A stretch of 32,515 nucleotides of DNA from Halodesulfurarchaeum sp. (GTDB lineage Archaea; Halobacteriota; Halobacteria; Halobacteriales; Halobacteriaceae), in NCBI GenBank assembly GCA_042216015.1, contig JBDGUI010000006.1, positions 9,205-41,719 on the forward strand, read 5' to 3'. The position numbers and the translations under genes were made by a program. A model generated the notes under the pieces. That model was not told the origin of the DNA. It saw only the letters and a program-made list of their open reading frames with translations, and did no database searches. Positions 1-9,265 of the stretch are shown in pieces. Numbering within the stretch: position 1 is the stretch's first letter; the number at the start of each line of letters is the position of its first letter.

Positions 1-23
1 CGTGGACTCCCCTTCTGTCTCAC

Positions 24-854
24 TTACGTGGACTCCTCTTCTCGCAACTCCTCGAGTTCGGCCTCGACCTCCGACTCGTCGACCTGGGCCTCGAGTTCTT
101 TTTTGACCTCCTCGGCCTCCGCGTCTTCCGGCGTCGTCGACTCCGCTTCACGTTCGCCTTCCCCCTCGGCCTCGCGGAGCGTCTCGAGTTCGGCCTCGAG
201 TTCCCGCTCCTCCCGGCCGGCCTCGAGTTCGCGGTCGATCTCGTCCTGATCGGAGATCGCGCTGTCGAGGACTCCTCGCTCCTCGAGTTCGTCGAGTGCC
301 GAGGCCCGGGCCTCCATCTCCTCGGTCTTCTCGGTGGCCTGCTCGATCGACCGATTGACATCCTCCATCTCGTCGCCGACCCCGGTGATGGCCTCCGAAA
401 CACGGGTCTGGGCCTCGGCGGCCTCGTAGCGGGCCTTCACGGTCTCCTTTTTGGTCTTGAACTCGTCGATCTGGCGCTTGAGGTCCGTCTTCTTCTGCTC
501 GAGGGAGGACTGGGTCGATTCGAGTTCGTTGATCTGGGCCGAGAGGTCCTCGACCTGTGACTGCTTGGCCTGTTTCTTCTCGAGGGCCCGCTTTGCCAGG
601 TCCTCGCGGTTCTGGGCCATCGCCTCCCGGGCCTGTTCGTTGTGCTTCTCGATGTTCTCCTCCAGACGATCCCGCTGGACCTCCAGGCGCTTTCTCTGGG
701 CGGTGATGTCCGCGATGCCCTTCTCGACGTCGGTGAGTTCGTCCCGCATCTGCTGGTAGGAGTAATCCAGCGTCTCTTTTGGGTCCTCGGCCCGGCCGAT
801 GAGCGCGTTGAGCTTCGACCGGAGCAGGAAGGACAGGCGTGAGAGCAGTCCCAT
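24..854 (-). CDS. pspA: PspA/IM30 family (ESCRT-III-like) coiled-coil stress protein
   Basis: Starts [36 protein letters not shown], the typical PspA N-terminus. Long coiled coil with [12 protein letters not shown] and [11 protein letters not shown]. Start chosen at ATG 854. Confidence 0.9.
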   Translation of the reverse strand: MGLLSRLSFLLRSKLNALIGRAEDPKETLDYSYQQMRDELTDVEKGIADITAQRKRLEVQRDRLEENIEKHNEQAREAMAQNREDLAKRALEKKQAKQSQVEDLSAQINELESTQSSLEQKKTDLKRQIDEFKTKKETVKARYEAAEAQTRVSEAITGVGDEMEDVNRSIEQATEKTEEMEARASALDELEERGVLDSAISDQDEIDRELEAGREERELEAELETLREAEGEGEREAESTTPEDAEAEEVKKELEAQVDESEVEAELEELREEEST

Positions 855-1002
855 GGAACCCGTTTGCGCCTCCACCGTTAAAACGTCTCTCTCCGATGAG
901 GGTCCGCTCCGATTCGACCGGTCGGTGGTGAATGGGTCGCTCTCAGTGCCGGGACTGTGCCACGTCCGAAATGGTTTTTGCCGCCGGCGCCGCACGGTCA
1001 GT

Positions 1003-2640
1003 ATGCCGACAGAGACTGGATATGACCCCTCTCTGGGGAACAAGTTCATTTTCGTGACTGGCGGGGTGATGTCGGGCCTCGGCAAGGGGATCACGGCGGC
1101 GAGTCTGGGTCGCCTGCTGGAGAACGCCGGCTTCGACGTGACTGCCGTCAAGATCGACCCATACCTCAACGTCGACGCGGGCACGATGAACCCCTATCAG
1201 CACGGGGAGGTCTACGTCCTCAAGGACGGGGGCGAGGTCGACCTCGACCTGGGGAACTACGAGCGATTCCTGGACATCGACATGACCTTCGACCACAACG
1301 TCACGACGGGGAAGGTCTACGAGCACGTCATCGACCGGGAGCGCGCGGGGGACTACCTGGGAAAGACCGTTCAGATCATCCCGCACATCACCGACGACAT
1401 CAAGCGCCGGATCCGCGAAGCCGCCGAGGGCCACGACGTCTGCCTCGTCGAGGTCGGTGGCACGGTCGGGGACATCGAGGGGATGCCCTTTCTCGAGGCG
1501 CTCCGGCAATTCGTCGACGAGGAAGCGGCGGAAAACGCCCTCCTGATCCACGTCACGCTCGTTCCATACGCCCCGAACGGCGAGCAGAAGACCAAGCCGA
1601 CCCAGCACAGCGTCAAGGAACTCCGCTCGATCGGGCTCCGGCCGGACATCATCGTCGGGCGGAGCGACGAGCCACTGGAGGAGGAGGTCCGGGAGAAGAT
1701 CGCCCTGTTCGGGGACGTTCCGACCCGCGCGGTCTTCTCGAACTACGACGTCCCGGACGTCTATGAGGTACCACTCCTCCTCGACGAGGAGGGGATGGAC
1801 GAGTACGTGATGGACAAACTGGACCTCGCCGACCGGGCGATCCCCCGGGCCCACCGCAGCACCGAGTGGCGCGACCTGGTGACCCAGGAGACCGACGCCG
1901 AACTCGACATCGCCCTCGTCGGGAAGTACGACCTGCGGGACGCCTACATGTCCGTGAGGGAGGCGCTGAAACACGCCGGACTCGATCAGGGTGTGGACGT
2001 GAACGTCGAGTGGGTCGAGGCAGACCGGATGGACGACGGCGACGAAACCCGCCTGGCCGGGGCGGATGGAATCGTCGTCCCGGGTGGCTTCGGGAGCCGC
2101 GGGGTGGAGGGGAAGATGCAGGCCATCTCGTACGCCCGGAAAAACGACGTGCCGTACCTCGGCCTCTGCTTTGGCTTCCAGCTCGCGGTCATCGAGTACG
2201 CCCGCAACGTCCTCGGGCTCGAGGGCGCCCATTCGACGGAGATCGACGAGTCGACGCCCCACCCGGTCATCGACCTGCTGCCCGATCAGTACGACCTCGA
2301 GGACCTCGGTGGGACGATGCGGCTGGGCGCTCGGGAGACCCAGCTCGAGCCGGAAACACTCGCCCACGATATCTACGGGGCAGACACCTGCACCGAACGC
2401 CACCGTCATCGCTACGAGGTCAACCCCGAGTACATCGAGACGTTGACCGAGCGGGACCTGCGGTTCTCGGGTGAGGCGGGCAACCGGATGGAGATCCTCG
2501 AACTCGACGAGCACCCGTTCTTCCTGGGGACCCAGTTCCATCCCGAGTTCCGCTCCCGCCCGACCCGGGCGAGCCCACCGTTCGTTGGGTTCCTCGAAGC
2601 GATTCTGGAACTCCAGGCCCCGGCCCAGGAGGTGGCCTGA
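1003..2640 (+). CDS. pyrG: CTP synthase
   Basis: [51 protein letters not shown]; glutamine amidotransferase motifs GLCFG and QFHPE. Confidence 0.98.
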   Translation: MPTETGYDPSLGNKFIFVTGGVMSGLGKGITAASLGRLLENAGFDVTAVKIDPYLNVDAGTMNPYQHGEVYVLKDGGEVDLDLGNYERFLDIDMTFDHNVTTGKVYEHVIDRERAGDYLGKTVQIIPHITDDIKRRIREAAEGHDVCLVEVGGTVGDIEGMPFLEALRQFVDEEAAENALLIHVTLVPYAPNGEQKTKPTQHSVKELRSIGLRPDIIVGRSDEPLEEEVREKIALFGDVPTRAVFSNYDVPDVYEVPLLLDEEGMDEYVMDKLDLADRAIPRAHRSTEWRDLVTQETDAELDIALVGKYDLRDAYMSVREALKHAGLDQGVDVNVEWVEADRMDDGDETRLAGADGIVVPGGFGSRGVEGKMQAISYARKNDVPYLGLCFGFQLAVIEYARNVLGLEGAHSTEIDESTPHPVIDLLPDQYDLEDLGGTMRLGARETQLEPETLAHDIYGADTCTERHRHRYEVNPEYIETLTERDLRFSGEAGNRMEILELDEHPFFLGTQFHPEFRSRPTRASPPFVGFLEAILELQAPAQEVA

Positions 2641-2641
2641 G

Positions 2642-3559
2642 ATGGTCGACGTCGAGTCCTTCATCGAGGAAAAAACGGCCGAGATCGCGGCCGAAATCGG
2701 CGACGAAACGGCCATCATCGCCCTCTCCGGCGGCGTGGACTCCTCGACGGCGGCCGCACTCGCCTACGAGGCAGTCGGCGAGCAACTCGTGCCGGTCTAC
2801 GTCGACACCGGCCTCATGAGAAAAGCGGAGACCGCGGGGATCCGGGAGACCTTCTCCCACATGGACTCCCTGCGGATCGTCGAGGCCCAGGACCGCTTCC
2901 TCGATGCCCTGGCGGGGGTCACCGACCCCGAGGAGAAGCGCCACGCGATCGGTGAGCAGTTCATCCGGGAGTTCGAGACCGTCGCCCGCGAGGTCGACGC
3001 CTCCATGCTCGTTCAGGGCACGATCTACCCGGATCGAATCGAGAGCGAGGGGACCATCAAGTCCCACCACAACGTCGGCGGGCTGCCGGAGGTCGTCGAT
3101 TTCGACGGGATCGTCGAACCCATGCGGGACCTCTACAAGGACGAGGTCCGTGAGGTGGCCCGCGCACTCGACCTCGAGGAGGTCGTCTCCGAGCGCATGC
3201 CCTTCCCCGGTCCGGGCCTCGCGGTCCGGGTGCTCGGGGAGGTCACCGAGGAGAAGCTCCGGGTCGCCCGCGAGGCGACCGCGGTCGTCGAGGAGGAACT
3301 CGAGGAATACGACCCGTGGCAGGCCTTCGCGGCCGTGCTGGGGAAGGCCACCGGCGTCAAGGGCGACAACCGTGTCCATGGCTGGATCGTCGCGGTCCGG
3401 TCCGTCGAGAGCAGAGACGGAATGACCGCCCGGGCCCAGCCACTCGACTGGGACACACTCCAGCGGATCCAGAGCCGGATCACCGGCCAGCTCGATTCTG
3501 TCTCCCGGGTCGTCTACGACATCACGCACAAACCACCGGCGACGATCGAATACGAATGA
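2642..3559 (+). CDS. guaAB: GMP synthase, ATP pyrophosphatase subunit B
   Basis: [11 protein letters not shown]-loop, [43 protein letters not shown]; no glutaminase domain. Confidence 0.96.
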   Translation: MVDVESFIEEKTAEIAAEIGDETAIIALSGGVDSSTAAALAYEAVGEQLVPVYVDTGLMRKAETAGIRETFSHMDSLRIVEAQDRFLDALAGVTDPEEKRHAIGEQFIREFETVAREVDASMLVQGTIYPDRIESEGTIKSHHNVGGLPEVVDFDGIVEPMRDLYKDEVREVARALDLEEVVSERMPFPGPGLAVRVLGEVTEEKLRVAREATAVVEEELEEYDPWQAFAAVLGKATGVKGDNRVHGWIVAVRSVESRDGMTARAQPLDWDTLQRIQSRITGQLDSVSRVVYDITHKPPATIEYE

Positions 3560-3581
3560 AATCGACTGAATACGAAACACA

Positions 3582-3914
3582 ATGACACGCGCACTCATCG
3601 TCGGCCCCGACCGCGGGCTCGACGCGATCCTCACGGCACACGACGTGAAAACGACACGGATCCCAACCCCCGTCACCGAGGCTGACCTGGAGGAGGGCGG
3701 ACTCGCGGATGCGGCCCTGCTCTTCGTCACCGACCCGGGAGAGGCGACGGCGATACCCGTCGCGAAGCGGCGCCAGCCCGGGCTCCGCATCGTCTGGTAC
3801 GCCCCGGATTCGGTCCCGGAGTTCGTCACCCGCCAGCTCGATCTGGGCGTGGACCCCTCCCTGGTCGACCCCGAGATCTTGATCGAAGAACAGCTCTTGG
3901 CGCTCGGTGCCTGA
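3582..3914 (+). CDS. Small conserved haloarchaeal protein, stand-alone TrkA-N/RCK-like Rossmann domain
   Basis: 110 aa ORF continuing the pyrG-guaAB unit; LEEGGLADAALLFVT..AIPVAKRRQPGLRIV resembles RCK_N domains. Confidence 0.7.
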   Translation: MTRALIVGPDRGLDAILTAHDVKTTRIPTPVTEADLEEGGLADAALLFVTDPGEATAIPVAKRRQPGLRIVWYAPDSVPEFVTRQLDLGVDPSLVDPEILIEEQLLALGA

Positions 3915-3941
3915 TCGCCACAGCGTCGCCCTTGATCGGGT

Positions 3942-4568
3942 CTACGCCGATTCGACGTCGTCCAATTCCTCGCCCGGATAGACCCGGAAGGTGCGTCCTT
4001 GCTTCTCCTTGTACACCAGTCCCCGTTTTTCCAGTTCGGAGAGGGTCTGGCTGACCTTGCTCTTCGAGAAGTCAGCCCGGTCGCGGATTTCAATCTGCGT
4101 GACGCCAGGAGAATCGATGACCGGTTCGAGGACGCGACGCTCGTCCTCCGGGAGATAGCGGAGGAGTTCCCGCTCGGTGGACGGATTCGGTTTCTCATCC
4201 GCTTCTCGGTCGTTTGCTTTCCCCGCATCGATTTGCTCCGATTCCGACCCTGGATCGCCCTGTTCTGCTGCCGCGCCGACGGGCGTCCCCTCACTAGCCG
4301 TCGTTTGGGGGACGGCGCCCGCGGGCTCTGCCATCTGCTCCCGGAAGATCAGGTATCCGCCGGCGATCACGACGGCCAGGACCACCCCGGCGAGAAGGGA
4401 GAGCAGCGGGTCGGTGCCGTAGGTTCCCATCGACCCGTCCATCATCGACCCCATCGAGCCGTTCATCATCGTCGGTTGCTGGGCGGCCTGGAAACTCCAG
4501 ACTGCACCGAGCAAAAGCACGAGGGAAGCTATCCCGGCGACGAGCACGTCGGTCATTCGCCGGTTCAT
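3942..4568 (-). CDS. Membrane-anchored winged-helix transcriptional regulator with Met-rich loop
   Basis: Two hydrophobic segments flank MMNGSMGSMMDGSMG. C-terminal HTH: LPEDERRVLEPVIDSPGVTQIEIRDRADFSKSKVSQTLSELEKRGLV. Confidence 0.85.
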   Translation of the reverse strand: MNRRMTDVLVAGIASLVLLLGAVWSFQAAQQPTMMNGSMGSMMDGSMGTYGTDPLLSLLAGVVLAVVIAGGYLIFREQMAEPAGAVPQTTASEGTPVGAAAEQGDPGSESEQIDAGKANDREADEKPNPSTERELLRYLPEDERRVLEPVIDSPGVTQIEIRDRADFSKSKVSQTLSELEKRGLVYKEKQGRTFRVYPGEELDDVESA

Positions 4569-4898
4569 GGTGTTTTGCCTCCGTCTGTGGATTGATTCCG
4601 ATACCGAACGGCTGTCATTGCTCTCACTACGGAACGACCCTTTTTAGGTTGGCTGTTCCACCGTATCGATCGATGCCCCGCTGTGGAAACCGATGTCTTA
4701 CCATGGGGGTTGATGTCCTGCTGTGGCGATCGAAAGGTCATTCCCCGCGTGCAGGCGATGTGGACGAAGTGAACGCGACGTGGAACGACGTGCACGCAAC
4801 GTGGGTGGAAATGAGGGAGTCGGAGGGGAGCCACCTGGGCTCCGTCGATCGCTTCCCATTCCGGAGGGACAATAGGCCGGGGAGTCCAACTGGTTCCC

Positions 4899-5750
4899 AT
4901 GCGCGAAAACGCGGCCGAGCTCCCGAAAGCGACTCGCCCGGGACGCGTGGCCATCGCCGTGGAAGACCTGTACGGCACGAGTTCCTTCTACGAGGACGTC
5001 GTGGGTCTCGATCTGTTCGAGTACACGGAGTGGGGCGGGACGCTCGGCGTCGACGGAACGCCCCTGGTCGAACTCCTCGACGGCAGTGATCGTGGACCCC
5101 GAACCGACGCGCAGGCGGGGCTCTATCACGTCGCTTTCTGTTACCCATCCCGAACCGCACTCGGCTCCGCGCTCCAGCGGATCGAGAGCTTCTACGAACT
5201 CGACGGGGCGACGGATCACGGCGTGACTCACTCGCTGTATCTCACCGATCCCGCCGGCAACGGGGTCGAACTCTTCATGGAGACGCCCCGAACGGAGTGG
5301 CCCCGGAACGAGGCTGGCGCGGTGGTCATGGAGACCGACCCGCTCGATGTAGACGCCCTCCGGGACGAGGGCGACGCCGAGATGGCGGCCCCGGCAGCCA
5401 CCCGAATCGGGCACTTTCACCTCGAGGTCACCGACCTCGAGCGCTCGACGGCGTTCTATCGGGACCGGCTGGGGCTGCCAGTCTCCCGCAGAATCGGTGA
5501 CATGGCCCGGTTCTTCACCACCGGCGACGCCCACCACCATCTCGGGCTGACGAACTACCTCGGCCGAACCGATCCGGCGACGGGACAGGGGGTGGACTGG
5601 ATCGAATTACTCGTCCCCGATGACGCGGCGATCGGGGCGGCACGCGAGCGATTCGAGGGCGCGGGCGTTCCCGTCGAATCGGTCTCGGACGGAATTCGGG
5701 TGGCGGATCCGGACGGCATCGGTGTCCGGGTGCGGGTCCCCGCGGAGTGA
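4899..5750 (+). CDS. VOC/glyoxalase family protein, two domains (CatE/YfiE catechol 2,3-dioxygenase-like)
   Basis: GLYHVAF, DHGVTHSLYLTDPAGNGVEL, IGHFHLEVTDL, HHHLGL, DPDGIGV. Confidence 0.88.
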   Translation: MRENAAELPKATRPGRVAIAVEDLYGTSSFYEDVVGLDLFEYTEWGGTLGVDGTPLVELLDGSDRGPRTDAQAGLYHVAFCYPSRTALGSALQRIESFYELDGATDHGVTHSLYLTDPAGNGVELFMETPRTEWPRNEAGAVVMETDPLDVDALRDEGDAEMAAPAATRIGHFHLEVTDLERSTAFYRDRLGLPVSRRIGDMARFFTTGDAHHHLGLTNYLGRTDPATGQGVDWIELLVPDDAAIGAARERFEGAGVPVESVSDGIRVADPDGIGVRVRVPAE

Positions 5751-5773
5751 GGTCGCCGGCGAGTCGGCCCGGA

Positions 5774-6370
5774 TTACCGATCGGATTCGCGTCGGGCGAG
5801 GCCAGCCAGGTGCCCGATCTCCGGGAGGATCAGCGAGTCCATCGCGAGGGAGACCGCGTCGACGTTGCCGGGCAGCACGAAGACTGGCACGCCGTTCGCG
5901 ATCCCCGCCGTCGCCCGCGAGGCGATCGCCTTCGTTCCGATCTCGTCGGCGGACTTCCGCCTGAAGAACTCGCCAAAGCCCGGCAGGTCCTTCTCGAAGA
6001 GCGGGTCGATCGCCTCGACGGTCACGTCGTCGGGGGTGACTCCGGTTCCGCCGGTCGAGACGACCACGTCGACATCGCGACGGTCGACCAGCTGGTTCGC
6101 GGTGCCCTGGATTAGGTCGAGGTCGTCCCCGATCAGTTCGCGGGTCACGACCCGGTGACCGTCCGCCTCGAAGGCGTCCCTGATGGCGTCGCCACTGGGG
6201 TCCTCGTCGAGCGATCGCGACGTCGAGACCGTCAGGACGGCGGCCCCGACCGACTCGAGGTCCCCGGCGTGATGGTCGTGTTCTGGCTCCGGTTCCCCCT
6301 CCTCCGGTTCTGACTCCCTCGTGTCCTCTCGCCCGTTCCGGGACGTGTCCCGACGCTGAAAGTCGACCAT
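5774..6370 (-). CDS. moaB: Molybdenum cofactor biosynthesis protein MoaB/MogA family
   Basis: VLTVSTSR, DPSG, VVVSTGGTGVTPDDVTVEA, LPGFGEFFR, SRATAG, FVLPGN. Confidence 0.93.
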   Translation of the reverse strand: MVDFQRRDTSRNGREDTRESEPEEGEPEPEHDHHAGDLESVGAAVLTVSTSRSLDEDPSGDAIRDAFEADGHRVVTRELIGDDLDLIQGTANQLVDRRDVDVVVSTGGTGVTPDDVTVEAIDPLFEKDLPGFGEFFRRKSADEIGTKAIASRATAGIANGVPVFVLPGNVDAVSLAMDSLILPEIGHLAGLARRESDR

Positions 6371-6401
6371 GGCCGAACGTTGCCCCCCTGTTCCCTAAGT
6401 G

Positions 6402-6827
6402 CTATCGGCGAAAGTGGGGGAAATCGACCGTTTCGATGGAGACCGAGCGAAACGTCTCGCCCGTATGCCACCAGCCCCCGAGTTCCGGCTCGGGTCCGGC
6501 GAGTGAGACGATCAACGCGTACGTTTTCGGCCAGGCGGCCCCGGTGCGGTCGGTCTCGCTCGGGGAGGAGGGACCTTCCGGATGGGAGTGGTAGAAGCCA
6601 AGAAGCGTGAACTCAGTCGCGTCGAAGGACTCCTGGCCCTCGAGCAGCTCTTCGGGGTCGATCTCGAAGCGGCACTCCGGGTCGGCGGCGACGTTCGACG
6701 TTCGTATCGAGTCGAGAACGACCGGTGGGTCGCCATCCCGCCCGCCGAGCAGGCCACAGGCCTCTCTCGGGGCGCTCTCGCGGGCGTGGTCGAAAATCGA
6801 GGCCCGGACCGATTCGGCGAGTTTCAT
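6402..6827 (-). CDS. JAMM/MPN+ metalloprotease (desampylase, JAMM1-like)
   Basis: PREACGLLGG plus the JAMM motif GFYHSHPEGPSSPSETD. Confidence 0.92.
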   Translation of the reverse strand: MKLAESVRASIFDHARESAPREACGLLGGRDGDPPVVLDSIRTSNVAADPECRFEIDPEELLEGQESFDATEFTLLGFYHSHPEGPSSPSETDRTGAAWPKTYALIVSLAGPEPELGGWWHTGETFRSVSIETVDFPHFRR

Positions 6828-6869
6828 GCAGGCTGGCAGGTGGGAACCTCGATCCCGGGTTGCCCCCGT

Positions 6870-7463
6870 TCACACCGATTCGCTCCAGTCCTCGCCCAGG
6901 TCCCGACGCATCGCGATGTCGAACCAGGGGCAGGTCCGGAGCTGTCGGTAATTCCGCGGGTGCTCCCAGAGGTCCTCGTAGTCGACCCAGAGGGTCCCGC
7001 CGACCTCCTTTGGGTCGGTGTCGAGGTCGGTGTCCGAAAGCGTTGCTTTGAGGACCGCACAGACCTCCCACTCGACGCCCTCCGCGAGGTAGTGGCGCCT
7101 GTACTCGAAGCGGTCGGTGATTTGGAGGTTCCCGTACTGGTCGGGGGTGATGCCCAGTTCCTCCTCGAGGCGATCCTCCGTGGCCTCGATCTGGGTCTGC
7201 CCCTCGGCTGGGTGGGAGGCGACGGTGCCGTCCCAGTGGGTGTCCCAGAGGCGCTTGTCTCGGGCCCGCTGGGCGAGCAGAACCCGACCGTCCTCGTCGA
7301 AGAGCATGCAGGTGAAGGCGCGGTGGCGAATGCCGTCGCCCGTGTGGGCATCGAGGCGGTCGACGGTCCCCTGTGGGTTGTCCTCGCCGTCGACGGCGAT
7401 CACCGCCTCACCGCCGGAGCGCTCCGTGGGCGCACTGTCGCCCGCGTCGTCTGAACGATTCAT
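6870..7463 (-). CDS. idi: Isopentenyl-diphosphate delta-isomerase type 1 (NUDIX fold)
   Basis: DAHTGDGIRHRAFT, LLAQRARDKRLW, ASHP, RLEEELGI, EWEVCAV, CPWF. Confidence 0.88.
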   Translation of the reverse strand: MNRSDDAGDSAPTERSGGEAVIAVDGEDNPQGTVDRLDAHTGDGIRHRAFTCMLFDEDGRVLLAQRARDKRLWDTHWDGTVASHPAEGQTQIEATEDRLEEELGITPDQYGNLQITDRFEYRRHYLAEGVEWEVCAVLKATLSDTDLDTDPKEVGGTLWVDYEDLWEHPRNYRQLRTCPWFDIAMRRDLGEDWSESV

Positions 7464-7606
7464 GGGAATGGCAACGACGAGGACCGTTTTGTACCCACCG
7501 GTCTGCCCCGTGGCCCGACTGAACCGAAGTTCCTCGTGCTTCGACTGGCCCGGCCGCTTCGTGCCCGCCCGGATCGGGGGCGGCCGGGGGACCCAGGCAA
7601 CCACTC

Positions 7607-8020
7607 CTACCCACGGGTTTCCTCGAGAATCAGCCGGGTCTTCGTCGAGCGGACCTCCTCCTGCTCGCGGGTGCGAGTGATGAGTTCGTTGACCCGCTCG
7701 GTGTCCATCGCGTCGACCACGAGCACCACGTCCTCCTCGCCTGAGACCTGCCAGACGAAGTCCACCTCGGGCCACTCGGCCATCCGCGTGGCGAGCTCCT
7801 GGGTGTTCACGTCCACGCCGACTGACACCTCGACCATCGACTTGACGTTCCCCGTCCGGGTCGCGATGGTGAACCGCTCGATGGTCCCCTCCTCGAGAAG
7901 CCGGTCGACGCGGTTTCGAACCGTCCCCTCCGAGACCCCGAGCGCGTCGGCGATCTCGGTGTAGGGGGTGCGGGAGTCCTCCCTGAGCAGCGCGAGGATC
8001 TCCCGGTCGAGATCGTCCAT
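7607..8020 (-). CDS. Lrp/AsnC family transcriptional regulator
   Basis: MDDLDREILALLREDSRTPYTEIADALGVSEGTVRNRVDRL HTH followed by a RAM domain (VWQVSGEEDV); divergent from carA. Confidence 0.93.
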   Translation of the reverse strand: MDDLDREILALLREDSRTPYTEIADALGVSEGTVRNRVDRLLEEGTIERFTIATRTGNVKSMVEVSVGVDVNTQELATRMAEWPEVDFVWQVSGEEDVVLVVDAMDTERVNELITRTREQEEVRSTKTRLILEETRG

Positions 8021-8058
8021 GTCACTCCGTGTGTCGCCCCGACGAAAACTGTTTCGAA

Positions 8059-8079
8059 TTTCGTAACTCAACTACGAAA
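8059..8079. promoter_or_regulatory. Candidate operator TTTCG-N11-CGAAA in the lrp/carA intergenic region
   Basis: tttcgtaactcaactacgaaa, matching the site upstream of carB at 17 of 21 positions. Confidence 0.6.
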
Positions 8080-8086
8080 GCAAGCC

Positions 8087-8094
8087 TTATATTT
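8087..8094 (+). promoter_or_regulatory. TATA box of carA (probably leaderless transcript)
   Basis: TTATATTT centred about 27 nt upstream of ATG 8117, preceded by purine-rich BRE-like gaaagcaag. Confidence 0.65.
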
Positions 8095-8116
8095 CACGCT
8101 GCGTTTGAATCTCGTA

Positions 8117-9184
8117 ATGTCGGACGCCTACATCGCCCTGGAGACCGGCGAGGTCATCGAGGGTCGCGCCCGGTCTCCCGGTGAGGAAAACGGCGAACTC
8201 GTCTTCACCACGCCGTATACCGGATACGAGGAGAGCCTGACCGATCCGTCCTACGAGGCCCAGGTGTTGACCTTTGCCTACCCGCTCATCGGGAATTATG
8301 GCGTCCGAACCGAGCGATTCGAATCCGACCGCGTCCACCCGAGTGCGGTCGTCGCCCGCGAACTCACCGACGATGTCGCCGAGTGGCTCACCGAGGAGGG
8401 CGTTCCCGCCGTCGATTCCGTCGACACCCGGGACCTGGTGCTCGACATCCGTGACGGCGGCGCGATGAAGTGCGGGATCTCGGCCGGCCCCGACGCCTCG
8501 CCCGAGCGGGCCCGTGAACAGCTCGAGGTCTGTCCGCACATGAGCGAGATCGAGAACATCGGTGACATGGTCAGCGTCGATAGCGTCGAGGTCCATCGAG
8601 CGGAGGGGGAGGGTCCGAAGACGGCGCTCATTCACTGTGGGACCAAGGGTAGCATCATCGACTCGCTGCTCGAGCGCGGCTCGGACGTTCACGTCTTCCC
8701 TCACGACGCCGACCCGGTCGACGTCGAGGCCATCGACCCCGACCTGGTCTTCATCTCGAACGGTCCCGGCGATCCGGCGAACTACCGTGCGACCGAGGCC
8801 CTCGTGGAGCACTTCCTCGGGGAGGTGCCGATCGCCGGCATCTGTCTGGGGATGCAGATCGTCGCCAACGCCGTCGACGGCGAGACGACAAAGATGGAGT
8901 TCGGGCATCGCGGGGTCAACCAGCCGGTCCTCGACCACGAGAGCGGCCGGGTCGTCATGACCACGCAGAATCACGGCTACATGGTTGCGGACGCTGGCGA
9001 CCTCGAGGTGACCCAGATCAACGTCAACGACGACACGCCCGAGGGAGCCGAGTCCGTCGACCTCGACGTCATCACCCGCCAGTACCACCCCGAGGCCCAC
9101 CCCGGCCCACACGACACCCTCGACTTCTTCGACGACGTGCTGGCGATGGCGGAGGCGGGCGCCCATCCGGCGGCGACCCACTGA
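8117..9184 (+). CDS. carA: Carbamoyl-phosphate synthase small subunit
   Basis: GELVFTT..TGYEESLTDPSY, YPLIGNYG, ISNGPGDP, GICLG, HRGVNQPV, TQNHGY, QYHPEAHPGPHD. Confidence 0.97.
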   Translation: MSDAYIALETGEVIEGRARSPGEENGELVFTTPYTGYEESLTDPSYEAQVLTFAYPLIGNYGVRTERFESDRVHPSAVVARELTDDVAEWLTEEGVPAVDSVDTRDLVLDIRDGGAMKCGISAGPDASPERAREQLEVCPHMSEIENIGDMVSVDSVEVHRAEGEGPKTALIHCGTKGSIIDSLLERGSDVHVFPHDADPVDVEAIDPDLVFISNGPGDPANYRATEALVEHFLGEVPIAGICLGMQIVANAVDGETTKMEFGHRGVNQPVLDHESGRVVMTTQNHGYMVADAGDLEVTQINVNDDTPEGAESVDLDVITRQYHPEAHPGPHDTLDFFDDVLAMAEAGAHPAATH

Positions 9185-9265
9185 GGGCCACTCTCCCACC
9201 GGTGATCGGGTCAGTCGACCGCGAAAACCCGGAGGGCTTTATTTCTCCGGGACAATATCCCGGAC

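Noticed and set aside
799..1184. Apparent overlap of pspA and pyrG N-terminal extensions
   Set aside because: The conserved proteins begin at 854 (-) and 1003 (+); the extensions are just open frames across the divergent promoter.
2642..3559. GMP synthase apparently truncated (no glutaminase domain)
   Set aside because: A split GuaAA/GuaAB enzyme is normal in many archaea.
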